Positions 9,560 through 20,026 of a stretch of DNA of 20,026 nucleotides are shown piece by piece. The position numbers and the translations under genes were made by a program. The DNA is from Octopus sinensis (lineage: Eukaryota): assembly GCF_006345805.1 (NCBI RefSeq), contig NW_021824077.1, positions 1-20,026 of the forward strand. Direction: 5' to 3'. Positions within the stretch are counted from its first letter, which is position 1. Each line of letters starts with the position of its first letter. The notes beneath the pieces were generated by a model. The model did no database searches and was not told the origin of the DNA. It saw only the letters and a list, made by a program, of their open reading frames with translations.

Positions 9560-10054
9560 GCACACATAACATTACTTTCTGTTTTCCTCCAAAAAATAAT
9601 TTCGTCCCTGCATTAAACAGGTTAACACGAACTTAAAAACACGCCGAACATTTTGACTGAATTATTAAGGCTATCAAATGCAGAAGAATCTCTTCGTGCA
9701 TTCATGGCAAAAGAAAACAGAGTCACAAGGTATTTCGAACGGAACACAGAATGTATTTGCGTTTCCGTTATACTAATGTAGTGGATGCATCACGAAATCT
9801 AATCCTCAGCAAATATTTTGTGTATCTCAGATAAAGATAATTTATTGTACATGATACTGTTTATTTAGTTAAAAAAAAACAGGTACACCTTCCAGCTAAC
9901 TGCCGATGGAATTATATCGTTTCTCTCTCTTCAGCCTTACGATACATGAACCGATCTTAAATATCGTCTTTGTAATACTGTATTTATTTTGATGAAATGA
10001 ATGAAGGGGTGCATTGATTCGAACACCTTGCAAACAATAACACATTAAAAAGCC

Positions 10055-10190
10055 GTTACATGGTCTCACGATGTGCTAGAAATCACAGCTAAATGTCGCC
10101 CAAAGCTCAACCTACAGTCTTAAAATTATTTAGATAATATAGTTCGAGGTAATCAATGCCTGAAAAAATTTGTTGACCATGATGGAATGC
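10055..10190 (+). repeat. Old diverged interspersed repeat (family E)
   Basis: Patchy inverted similarity to 2905-3040. Confidence 0.55.
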
Positions 10191-10246
10191 CACTGACTAT
10201 ATGTATGTTTGATAAGAACTGGCCTTGGGGTTCAGCAACAGCAGCA

Positions 10247-10495
10247 GGAGGCGCAATGGCCCAGTGGTTAGGGCAGTTAACTCGCGGTCGGACGATCGCG
10301 GTTTCGATTTCCAGACCGGGCGTTGTGTGTGTTTATTGAGTGAAAACATCTTAAGCTCCACGAGGTTCCGGCAGGAGGTAGTGGCGACCCCTGTTGTACT
10401 CTTTCGCTCCAACTTTCTCTCACTCTTCCTGTTTCTTGTCCCCGACTTCCTACGCAACCGCTGACCCTGGATGCGCATTCATCCAGCCCGTATAA
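10247..10495 (+). mobile_element. tRNA-derived SINE (family C)
   Basis: Head ggaggcgcaaTGGCCCAGTGGttagggcag...cgcgGTTTCGATTTCcagaccggg has Pol III A and B boxes at tRNA spacing and continues into a non-tRNA body. 3' boundary approximate. Confidence 0.8.
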
Positions 10496-10629
10496 TGTGG
10501 AAGTTAAGGACTTTGTCTAAGTGCCGTGCAGTATCGAAGTCTAGTGTATTGCTGTACAGAGGTATAACGCTGTAGAAAAGTATAGGGCCTTGTGCCTTGA
10601 GCAGAAAAGAATATTATTGGTAACTCTAG

Positions 10630-10856
10630 AATGGTAAGCTAGCAGAATCATTAAAGCATCGGACAAAATTGCAGCATTACTTCTGGCTTTTTACGTTCGT
10701 AGTTCAAATCTCACCGAAGTTGACTTTGCCTTTCATCCTTTCGGGGTCGATAACATAAGTACCAGTTCATCAGTTGAGAACTGAGGTTGATATAATCGAC
10801 TTAACCCCCCACCCCACCAAATTGTTGGTCTGGTGCCAGAATTAGAAAGAATATTG
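10630..10856 (+). mobile_element. Diverged SINE family A monomer (type II-like tail)
   Basis: Contains gactttgcctttcatcctttcggggtcgataacataagtaccag and gttgatataatcgact; ends tggtctggtgccagaattagaaagaatatt. An isolated tail fragment precedes it at 10584-10618. Confidence 0.85.
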
Positions 10857-11868
10857 TAATGTTTGTCCACACAGTCATGTGTACACCCAGATTTACCCCT
10901 TTATTGTAAAGCATTTCCTTTTGCAAACAGGGAGTTTCTTTGATGAACCATTATCCACCAATATTCCCTGAAACGTTCCTGGTCCATCAAGAATTGTGCA
11001 AGTACCTCACAGAAAAGAAATAACACAGGAAAAAATAAAAACTTTTAACAAAAGCAATTGATTGACATCGTATTTCTTTGATAAAATCTCTGCAGATGCC
11101 TGAAACAAACAAACAATAGCTTTAGAGGAGGAATTTGTCCCTGCGGAACAAACTTTTAGAGGATTTTCTTAGCGATCGATTTGAAATGATAAGAACGATC
11201 AAATTTCTTTCTTATACGAGCAACTTACATGAAAATTTAAAACAACGCAAAACCACCAAACATTCACGAAATATGTCTGTTCACTCTGATAAATCAAAAA
11301 ATTATCTTTACGATAGATATAGCTACATATTTCAAACTTTCCTCTAACAACATCGCAAACATATACAGAAAATCAAATTCTAAAACATATCACGGTATTA
11401 ACAAATAATCCCAAAGATTGTGGAACAAAGAACTTAGCGCATCGAGAATCCCAAATTACTTTAAGGGCAGCAGAGATAATATTCTAGTTTACCCAAATTT
11501 AAGCATATCATCTCAGCGAACAGGGAACTAGGTTTAATTAATATATATAGACACACAATTAACCCACTTCGGCCCCTTTGGATAATTAAATCATAACAGT
11601 TATGATAGTCCACTCGGCATTGTTGTGCCATTCAAGACGCGTTATGTTTTACAAACAATATACAATGCTTCAAGCGAACTACAATACTCTCCAGTATATA
11701 TATCCTTCAGATGCAGTTATAAGAAAGACTAATCAAATCGAAAATTTACCCTTAGGGAAAATAGTTCTACGGAAATTAATTAGTTTAACCAATTAATGGA
11801 TTACAAAAATGTATAACCAAATGTATAACAAAAGTAAATACGAATTTCTTCAGTTTGTCACCGTAGAA

Positions 11869-12303
11869 TTTTACTTCTTTATTTAGTCGAGCAAATCGAC
11901 CCCAGGATTTATTCTTTGTAAGCCCAGTACTTATTCTATCGGTCTCTCTTTTGGCGAACCGCTAAGTTGCGGGGACGTAAACACACCAGCATCGGTTGTC
12001 AAGAGATGTTGGAGGGGGGTGGGCAAATACACACAAACCACACACAAACACACACACACACAACAAACACACACCACACACACAGCACACACACAATATA
12101 TATATTATATATATATATATATATATATTATATACACGACGAGCTTCTCTCAGTTTCTGTCTACCAAATCCACTCACAAGGCTTTGGTCGGCCTGAGGCT
12201 ATATAGTAGAAGACACTTGCCCAAGGTTCCACGCAGTGAGACTGAACCCGGAACTACGTGGCTGGTAAGCAAGCTACTTACCACACAGCCACTCCTGCGC
12301 CTA
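11869..12303 (-). mobile_element. SINE family B copy with deletion in the 3' tail
   Basis: Minus head taggcgcaggagtggctgtgtggtaagtagc; expanded internal TA/TG tract; lacks the aaggcggtgctccagc...gactgaaac segment present in 5455-5520. Confidence 0.92.
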
Positions 12304-12774
12304 TTCGTATTTGAAAACTATATTTTCAGTTACGTTGAGACAGAGCTCTGCAGAGAACTGATTGATAAGTCTTGTCGAATCGTCTTAATTCCGACGAATG
12401 CTACTAAATGAAGTAATAAAGGAATTTATGGATGACCATGATGCATTCACAGACAGATAAACTGATTTGAATCAGAAAATACATTAGCGTTCAATGGCGA
12501 CTGGCTTTTGGATTGAGACGCTTCACTCCTTCGACTTGTAATGGCGTTTCCATATTTCAGTATAAATAGCTCTCCCGCCTCCTCCTCCTCCTCCTCTACT
12601 CCTTTCCCGCTCTACCGCTTTTGTTTTACACAGCCTAAGGCTTGGAAGGAATCGACGGATATTATTGCCAGAAATATGGCACAAACCAACCGAGAGACCT
12701 AATCTTCCGCTGCGTAAGAGATCTCGGAAGAACGATAACAACAACTGGTATAACGACAACGACAATTATAGCGG

Positions 12775-12833
12775 TGATGATGATGATGATGATCATGATC
12801 ATGATCATGATGATGATGATCATGATGATGATC

Positions 12834-12873
<40 letters not shown>

Positions 12874-13054
12874 CAACAATAAAAATAATAATGATAATAA
12901 TAACAATGATAATAATAATAATAATATATCTAATAATAATAATAATAATATAATAATAGTAATAATGATAATAATAACAATGATAATAATAATAATAACA
13001 ATAATAATAATAATAATAATAATAATGATAATAATAATAAGAATAAGAATAATA

Positions 13055-13100
<46 letters not shown>
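12775..13100. repeat. Compound trinucleotide tract (GAT)n/(GATCAT)n/(AAT)n
   Basis: Directly visible; source of the poly-D/N/I/Y/L ORFs. Confidence 0.95.
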
Positions 13101-13102
<2 letters not shown>

Positions 13103-13429
13103 CCTTATGTGCATAAAAATGATATGATGTAATTGAATATATCAAACGAACTAGATAGCCGTAGATTATCGTATATGATAAGGCTGTTTACTTGTTCGAC
13201 AAGAGAAGGAAGATGGAAATAAAAAGTTCAGTGTTTCAATAAATTGTATTTTTTTTTTTTTTTTGATAGTTTTTGTCCCTGAGATGATTTGCTCACTGAA
13301 TTTAGGTAATTCCGTCTCTGCTGTCTTTCAATGAAGTTTGAATATCAAATTAATGACAAGGATATAATTGTGTTGATCACTCCATGCCTCCATGATTTAT
13401 TCATGTTACATATGGCTAAACACAGACCC

Positions 13430-13457
13430 ATACACACACACACACAGACACACACAG

Positions 13458-13489
<32 letters not shown>

Positions 13490-13498
13490 ACACACACA
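13430..13498. repeat. (CA)n microsatellite
   Basis: Directly visible. Confidence 0.95.
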
Positions 13499-14307
13499 TC
13501 CGTCTGTTTCGCGATGTTTTGTATGACTGCACCTGAAATATTTCTTTTATCTCTTATCATTATGCATGGCCAGCTTCTACGATATTTACCTGAATGTATC
13601 TAGAAGCAATTACAATCACTATCTTCAATCAGGTCGATGCCTTCATATCATATTATTTGTAATACTAATTATGTAATCATAAAGAAATCAATTTGGCTGT
13701 TTAGCACTTTGTTACTTTAGCGACCTCAGTAAGATTCAACACAGCACACAGTGTATATTAAGACTTCATTCAATATCTTAATAAATGAAAATAAATACTT
13801 GCGTGTTACAAGTTGCAGGTCACAATTTTGCACTTTGGCTTCTGAAATTTTGCATCGAAGGAATTTTTCCAAGATGTCTATATGACTTTTTCTGATACTT
13901 TTTATATTTGATATTTAATGCGTATTTTACATTATTATTTTTTTATTTGTATATTAGTAGAATATTATGTAGAGACTAACATGGCGTACCGGTAAATGTT
14001 TGATTATTTTCTTTCTTCTATTTGAAAAGGGGAAATTTTCCCGAAATTTTATACATCATTAGCCGACTTATATAAGATAATACAATATCTTTTGTTCTTG
14101 TTTTCATTTATTGGGAAACCTTAAATATTTTACATAATTTTTCATCTGCATCGTTCAAACGGTCTTTCAAATATTTTAAATCACTAAGCAGACTACTTCA
14201 GTTCTCTTGTTTACTAGGTTGCTGCTGTTGCTTGTTTTTTGTTTGTTTGTTGAGCGAAGCGGTCTTCGTCTTGTTGTGGGAGAAGTCCGAAACGTGGTCC
14301 TTTGTGT

Positions 14308-14480
14308 TGTACCTGTATTTCTAAGGGCCAGCCTTGTCACACTCTGTGTCACGCTGAATCTCCTTCAGAACTACAACATGGGTACGTGTGTCTGTGGAGT
14401 GCTCAGCCACATTTCACGAGCAGGTAATTCCATTGTTCGGATCAACTAGAACACTCGCTGTCGTAACCGACGGAGTACCA
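14308..14480 (+). mobile_element. 3' portion of a SINE (probably family C-related)
   Basis: GC-richer block tgtacctgtatttctaagggccagccttgtcacac...gtaaccgacggagtacca, recognised from recall as a common octopus repeat 3' half. No second copy in this window. Confidence 0.55.
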
Positions 14481-14577
14481 TTTTATATAGCACTGCCCGC
14501 AACGACACCTCCAATTTAAGTACTATTCCACCGCAGCATATCATCACATCACACTTCTACACTGCAACATTTCAAAA

Positions 14578-15015
14578 ATTAAGGGAAGCAAGCTGTCAGA
14601 AACGTTAGCACGTCGAGCGAAATGCTTAGCGGTATTTCGTCTGCCGCAACGTTCTGAGTTCAAATTCCGACCGAGGTCGATTTTGCTTTTCATCCTTTCG
14701 GGGTCGATTAAATAAGTACCAGTTACGCACTGGGATCGATATAATCGACTTACTCTGTTTGTCTGTCCTTGTTTGTCCCCTCTGTGTTTAGCCCCTTGTG
14801 GGTAGTAAAGAAATAGAAATAGGTATTTCGTCTGCCGCTACGTTCTGAGTTCAAATTCCGCCGAGATCGACTTTGCCTTTCATCCTTTCAGAGTCGATAA
14901 ATTAAGTACCAGTTACACACTGGGGTCAATGTAATTGACTTAATCCGTTTGTCAGTCCTTATTTGCCCCCCCCCCCCACCTATGTTTAGCCCCTTGTGGG
15001 CAATAAAGAAATAAG
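14578..15015 (+). mobile_element. SINE family A dimer (type I unit + headless type I unit) with imperfect TSD
   Basis: Unit 1 ends aaagaaatagaaata (14821); unit 2 restarts ggtatttcgtctg (14822). Flanked by AACATTTCAAAA (14566-14577) and AACGTTTCAAAA (15016-15027). Confidence 0.92.
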
Positions 15016-15254
15016 AACGTTTCAAAACCGAATCATTCAACTACACACTACACTTCCATTTCTCTTCTGCATTACACTTGTTGTGCAGCAGTGTACTTCT
15101 TTACAAATACACTTCCAACCAATTACACTTGTCTCTCTTACTTTAAAATGTGAATATAAAATTCTTCGAAGCAACCAACAATCAATAGATGTAAGTATGT
15201 CTCGTATCATTATACGCATATCTATAGTATGTGTATTTGTATACCTGATGTATA

Positions 15255-15620
15255 AACACACACACATAAATACAAATACATACATTTATATATATATATA
15301 TATATATACATACACATATATAGGTTATATTTATATATCTAATATACATTATATATATATATATATTTGTATGTGTGTATGTAGTTATGTATATATCTAT
15401 ATATCTATATATATATGCATATATCTCTATATACATGCATATATATATACTTGTATATACATAGAGAAGATTGTAATATGTGCATATATATATATATATA
15501 TATTATATACACACAAACACACACACACAACACACACACACACACACACACACACACCACATATATATATATTATATAATATATATATATATATATATAC
15601 GCGAGCGCACACATACACAT
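15255..15620. repeat. Compound (TA)n/(CA)n microsatellite
   Basis: Directly visible. Confidence 0.9.
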
Positions 15621-15719
15621 GCATAGGCATAAACAAGAGACACATAAAGTTTTTACAAGATCACACTTTGAGTAATGCGAAACAAGCACAGCTTGAAAAA
15701 CATCAACAGCAAAAAATAC

Positions 15720-15862
15720 TCAACAACAACAACAACAAAAACAAAAACAAAAACAACAACAACAAAAACAACAACAATAATAATAATAATAATAATAATA
15801 ACAACAACAACACAACAATAATAATAATAATAATAATGATAATAATAATAATAATAATAATG

Positions 15863-15935
<73 letters not shown>

Positions 15936-15937
15936 TG

Positions 15938-15998
<61 letters not shown>

Positions 15999-16035
15999 TA
16001 ATAATAATAATAATAATAATGATAATAATAATAGT
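15720..16035. repeat. (AAC)n to (AAT)n trinucleotide tract
   Basis: Directly visible, with sporadic GAT interruptions. Confidence 0.95.
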
Positions 16036-16255
16036 AATGAAGCAGAAACAATGAAAACAATTGAACGAGAATGGATGACAATGAGATGATAGTTTGATAT
16101 CAAAGAGAAGTTTTGAAGAGAGAAAAAAACATTAAAAAAAACGCAGAATTGTTTTTGATAGCATTAGAAAAAAGCGACTGATCTCTGAGTCGACAACTTT
16201 GATACGAAACAACGGAGTAGCAGGTTCCGCCGCAAGTTTATGCAGGGACACATTC

Positions 16256-16269
16256 ATATAATACATATG

Positions 16270-16328
<59 letters not shown>

Positions 16329-16795
16329 TATTATTATATTATATATACATACATACATACATACATAAAATAAAGACCCATTTATATATATATATATAAA
16401 TATATGCATATATATACATATATATATATGTATATATATGCATATATATATACATATATATATGTGCAATACTATATATATATGTGTGTGTGTGTGTGTG
16501 TATGTATATATATATATATATCTATATATATATATATGCATACATATACATATATTTACATATATATGTATATATATATACATATATATATATATATGCA
16601 TATATATATATTCATATACATATATATATGCATATATATATACATATATATGTATATATATATATGCACATATATATACACATATATACACGTGTGTGTT
16701 TATATATATGTATATATATATATCCATGTATAGATATATATATATATATGTGTATACATATATATACATGTGTAAATATATATAGGTATGTATGC

Positions 16796-16834
<39 letters not shown>

Positions 16835-16879
16835 TGTGTATATATATACATATATATATGTATGTATATATATACATAT
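16256..16879. repeat. Long compound (TA)n-rich microsatellite
   Basis: Directly visible. Confidence 0.95.
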
Positions 16880-17554
16880 GAAAATTCAACTCCATTTATA
16901 AATGCTATTTACTTATTTTTATTTTTATTTAATATAGACACACATCTATCTATCTGTCTGTCTATCTTTCTATCTATTTATCTATCACTCTATCACTCTA
17001 TTTATCTGTGACTCCATCTTTCTTTCTAGTCGTCATGTATGCGCCATTATCTCTTCATTTCTTAGTCTATATTTTCTCTCTTTCTCCCATTCTCTCTCTT
17101 TCTGCACGTATGTATGTATTCATTTTATATACGTAAGTACCTCCATATGTCTGTGTGTCTGAACTAATGTAACTAGGTACGTCCATCGCGGTGTATATGT
17201 GTTTTCGGTGCATCTATTTCTTTGTTGTATGTATAGTGTCTACGTGAATTCCACTCGTTGGTGATGTCCTGTACTTGATGTATTTTATATTTATTCATAT
17301 ATATATATATATATATATATACATATGTATGTGTGTGTACGTGGGAGTGTATGTGTGTGTGTGTGTGTGTTTGTGTGTGTGTGTACGTATGTAAATGACG
17401 AAGGAACAGGGAGAGCGTAAACAGCTTCATTAGCTTACAGTTGTTTCTACCATGTCATGCAGTGTACTCAGAGCTGAGTGCTCCTGAAGTACCTTATAGC
17501 TTCATCAGAGGTTTTAAAATGAAGGGCAAGTTTACCTAAGCACTTCCTTAAATT

Positions 17555-17777
17555 ATATGTATAAATATACATATATGTATAGTTATACGTGCACATATAC
17601 AGACATACATGCATACATACGTACGTATGTACGTGCATGCCCATGTGGCTTTGGATACGTTTGTGTGTGTGTAAATGTGTGTGTATGCGTATGTACGTGT
17701 GTGTGTGCGTATGTGTGTGTACGTGTGTGTGTCTGCGTGTGTGTGTACGTGTGTGTATGTACGTGTGTTTGTGTGTG
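17555..17777. repeat. (TG)n/(TA)n degenerate microsatellite
   Basis: Directly visible. Confidence 0.9.
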
Positions 17778-18054
17778 CGGCTCTTTTGCTGAACCACAAA
17801 GTTACAGGGACATAAACACACAAGCATCGATTATCAAGCGAATTTGGGGGGGGGACAAACACAGAAGCACAAACATATACACACACATACATATATATAT
17901 ACATATATACGACGGACTTCTTTCAGTTCCCATCTACCAAATCCACTCACAAGGCTTTGGTCGGCCCGAGGCTATAGTAGAGGACACTTGCCCAAGTGCC
18001 ACGCAGTGGGAATGAACCCGGAACCATGTGGTTGGGAAGCAAGTTTCTTATCAC
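17778..18054 (-). mobile_element. SINE family B copy, 3'-truncated
   Basis: Shares ccaaatccactcacaaggctttggtcggcccgaggctatagtag with the other B copies; similarity ends near ctcttttgctgaacc. Confidence 0.9.
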
Positions 18055-18222
18055 GCTATCACTCTGTGTGTGTGTGTGTGTGTGTACATGTAGATAATGT
18101 TCCATGTCTGCCTCAACCTATAAATGTACCCATAGATGATATTTAGTGTTACACAAACATACGCTGCCACATATATAAATATATATTATTAGATGCCACA
18201 CACACACACACAGAGGCGTGTA

Positions 18223-18985
18223 TAATGGGTTGACCGAAAAATCCTTTTGATTTCTTTTAAGCTAAGCTAAATCCCAAATTTTAAACACAAAACGATTTAT
18301 TCAATCAACGCCATAATTACCATTTGGTTCCAGTATCTTCGGCCATCTTGTAGGCTTACCCATTATTTACTGCTGAAAGAATTTCCTGTCTTCACTGTCG
18401 AAAAATTCGTCAGGTTTATTCAATGAATTTTCAAGAGACCAAAACAGGTGGAAATCTGAAGGTGCAAGGTCGGTTAAATTTGGAAGGGGTGGCAAAACTT
18501 CCTAGCCAAGCACCAGTGATTTCTGCCGCGATTGCAAAGAAGCGTGTGGTCTGGCATTATCGTGATGAAAGACAAACCCTTACAATTAGCAAGTACTGGA
18601 CGCTTCAAGAAGATGACTGTGTTTAATTTGTTCAGCTGGTCACAGTACACAGCCTAATTGATAGTCCTGTTCGTAAGAAGAAGCTGGGAAAAGACAACAC
18701 CTTTCCAACCCCACCAAATTGAAAGAATTAACTTTTTTGTGCGAATTTCTGCCCTGGAGGTTGTTTGTGGTGGCTTGCCGACTTCCTTCATGATTGATAA
18801 CGCTTCATATTGTTACAGAATATCCAATTTTAGCCTCTTGTCACAATTCTCTTTAAAAAACAGAGTCGTTTCTTTCATGTACCTGTAACGAATTGCAGAA
18901 GGAAACCCGTTGGGCGAGGTTAGCCTCATTTAACTGATGTGAAACCCAAAGATTAGGATATCAATCTCACTAACCAACCAACACC
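18223..18985 (-). mobile_element. Decayed mariner (D,D34D) DNA transposon: transposase remnant ~18301-18955 and a probable single TIR
   Basis: Minus translation gives WVSHQL (WVPHEL-like, 18931-18948), LKRIVT, HDNARPH (18544-18564), DLAPSDFHLF (18442-18471) and C-terminal RWPKILEPNGNY. Exactly 34 codons separate the last two Asp residues. Several stops and frameshifts. TIR-like taatgggttgaccgaaaa at ~18223. Confidence 0.92.
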
Positions 18986-20026
18986 TTGACCTACCTAAAC
19001 ATCTTCCTCCGGATCCTGCAAGTAAAAGAAAGTACAACGTTGAAATATCTGTAAATTAATGACTAGCTGAGTGTGTGTTAGCAATCATTTATCCTTCCTG
19101 CACGAACTAAAATTAATTATAAACTCTTCATCATAATTAAAAAATATAATTCGACTGTATAAACATACGAAGGTGTGAGAGTGAGTGATGTGCGGCAGTT
19201 TGAGGTTTTGCTTCGCTAAACAATTTATAAGCTTACATTCACCAAGATTTCATGTGTGTTGATGCACAAAAGATTGAGGAATTTGTATGACCTATTGTAT
19301 AATATATGTCTACATAAAGAACAACTATGTCACAATATATGTATGGACGTGTGAACTTAAGCTATCGTTTATTCATCCCGTAAGAACCAACATTAATTAT
19401 AACTTCTTAATTAAATCCCTTAATTACATCTTAATTACATCTCCATAAGAATATTTTTGTAAAACGTTTCTTCCCAAAAATATTCTCTTTAAAATATTTC
19501 TTTAAACAAAATACACCTGAAAAATTTTTATTAATTAATTTTGATCACAAAATTAAAAATCTATGATAAAAATATTACAACGAACCCAGAAAAAAAGACA
19601 TCATTTGGACGCCATTTTCTTCCAACATCACGGATTAAATTCATAACAAAAACACATCAATAAATCCATTTAAATACACACGGTTTATTTAAAACTAAAA
19701 CTAAAAGCTCAAACTTATCTTACAAATCTAAAAGAAAACATAATTATAGAAATATGGTGCGTTAAATACCAACCTTTCAAAATGTAAAATAATAATCCAG
19801 ATTATAGTAACTTCCTGCTATTTTCGATGTTTTAATGCAGATAAATGTTTAATGATGAGTATTTTTTATCTTGTTTTTATATTTGGATTGCAAAATTCTT
19901 GATGTGAACTCGAGTGTTGAAACACACTTTGTTGTATCTTAGACAGGAGTCATTCTGCCAATAATACACACACACTCACTCACTGCTGCTATTTCCCTTC
20001 TTTAAATTCTTTCGTCGCCATTCTTT

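Noticed and set aside
10247-10325. Possible tRNA gene
   Set aside because: A and B boxes are present but I cannot form a proper acceptor stem, and the sequence continues into a SINE body.
10760-10780. Minus-strand CTGATGA inside a family A SINE
   Set aside because: Created by a small local cagtt duplication and absent from the other copies.
11836-12312. 10-bp inverted repeat aaatacgaat/attcgtattt around a family B copy
   Set aside because: Short, AT-rich and offset from the element end on the left; not a TSD or a credible TIR.
12642-13145. Poly-Asp/Asn/Ile/Tyr ORFs
   Set aside because: Trinucleotide tract artefacts.
14255-14302. gtccGAAACgtgGTC as the 3' half of a hammerhead
   Set aside because: No recognisable CUGANGA upstream.
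2335-15015. Recurring gtcgac/palindromic motifs as a CRISPR array or bacterial REP elements
   Set aside because: They are parts of dispersed SINE copies; no regular repeat-spacer structure, no cas genes, and the context is eukaryotic.
14996-16054. 352-aa ORF, the longest in the track
   Set aside because: Runs through TA/CA and AAC/AAT microsatellites that lack stops in that frame; no domain-like sequence.

Overview
Eukaryotic, AT-rich, apparently non-coding (intronic or intergenic) DNA dominated by (TA)n, (CA)n and (AAT)n microsatellites and by interspersed repeats. From recall of similar SINE sequences, it looks like an octopus (coleoid cephalopod) genome; this is not database-verified. No intact protein-coding gene is supported, and nearly all supplied ORFs are translations of microsatellites or SINEs. 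Supported features are: (i) several families of tRNA-derived SINEs, labelled A-D here, including a nested insertion with a 15-bp TSD, two dimers with the same junction and an inverted tail-to-tail pair; (ii) two 3' fragments of R4/Dong-like non-LTR retrotransposons (restriction-like endonuclease C-terminus) in (TAA)n tracts; (iii) a decayed mariner D,D34D transposase; (iv) a TSD-flanked truncated retroposon. The most interesting signals are the recurrent SINE dimer junction (GAAATA|GGTA), a covarying 3' stem-loop with a CUUGU loop shared by different tails, a fold-back insertion in a SINE A box and degenerate hammerhead-like motifs. I see no evidence of a wholly new multi-gene system.
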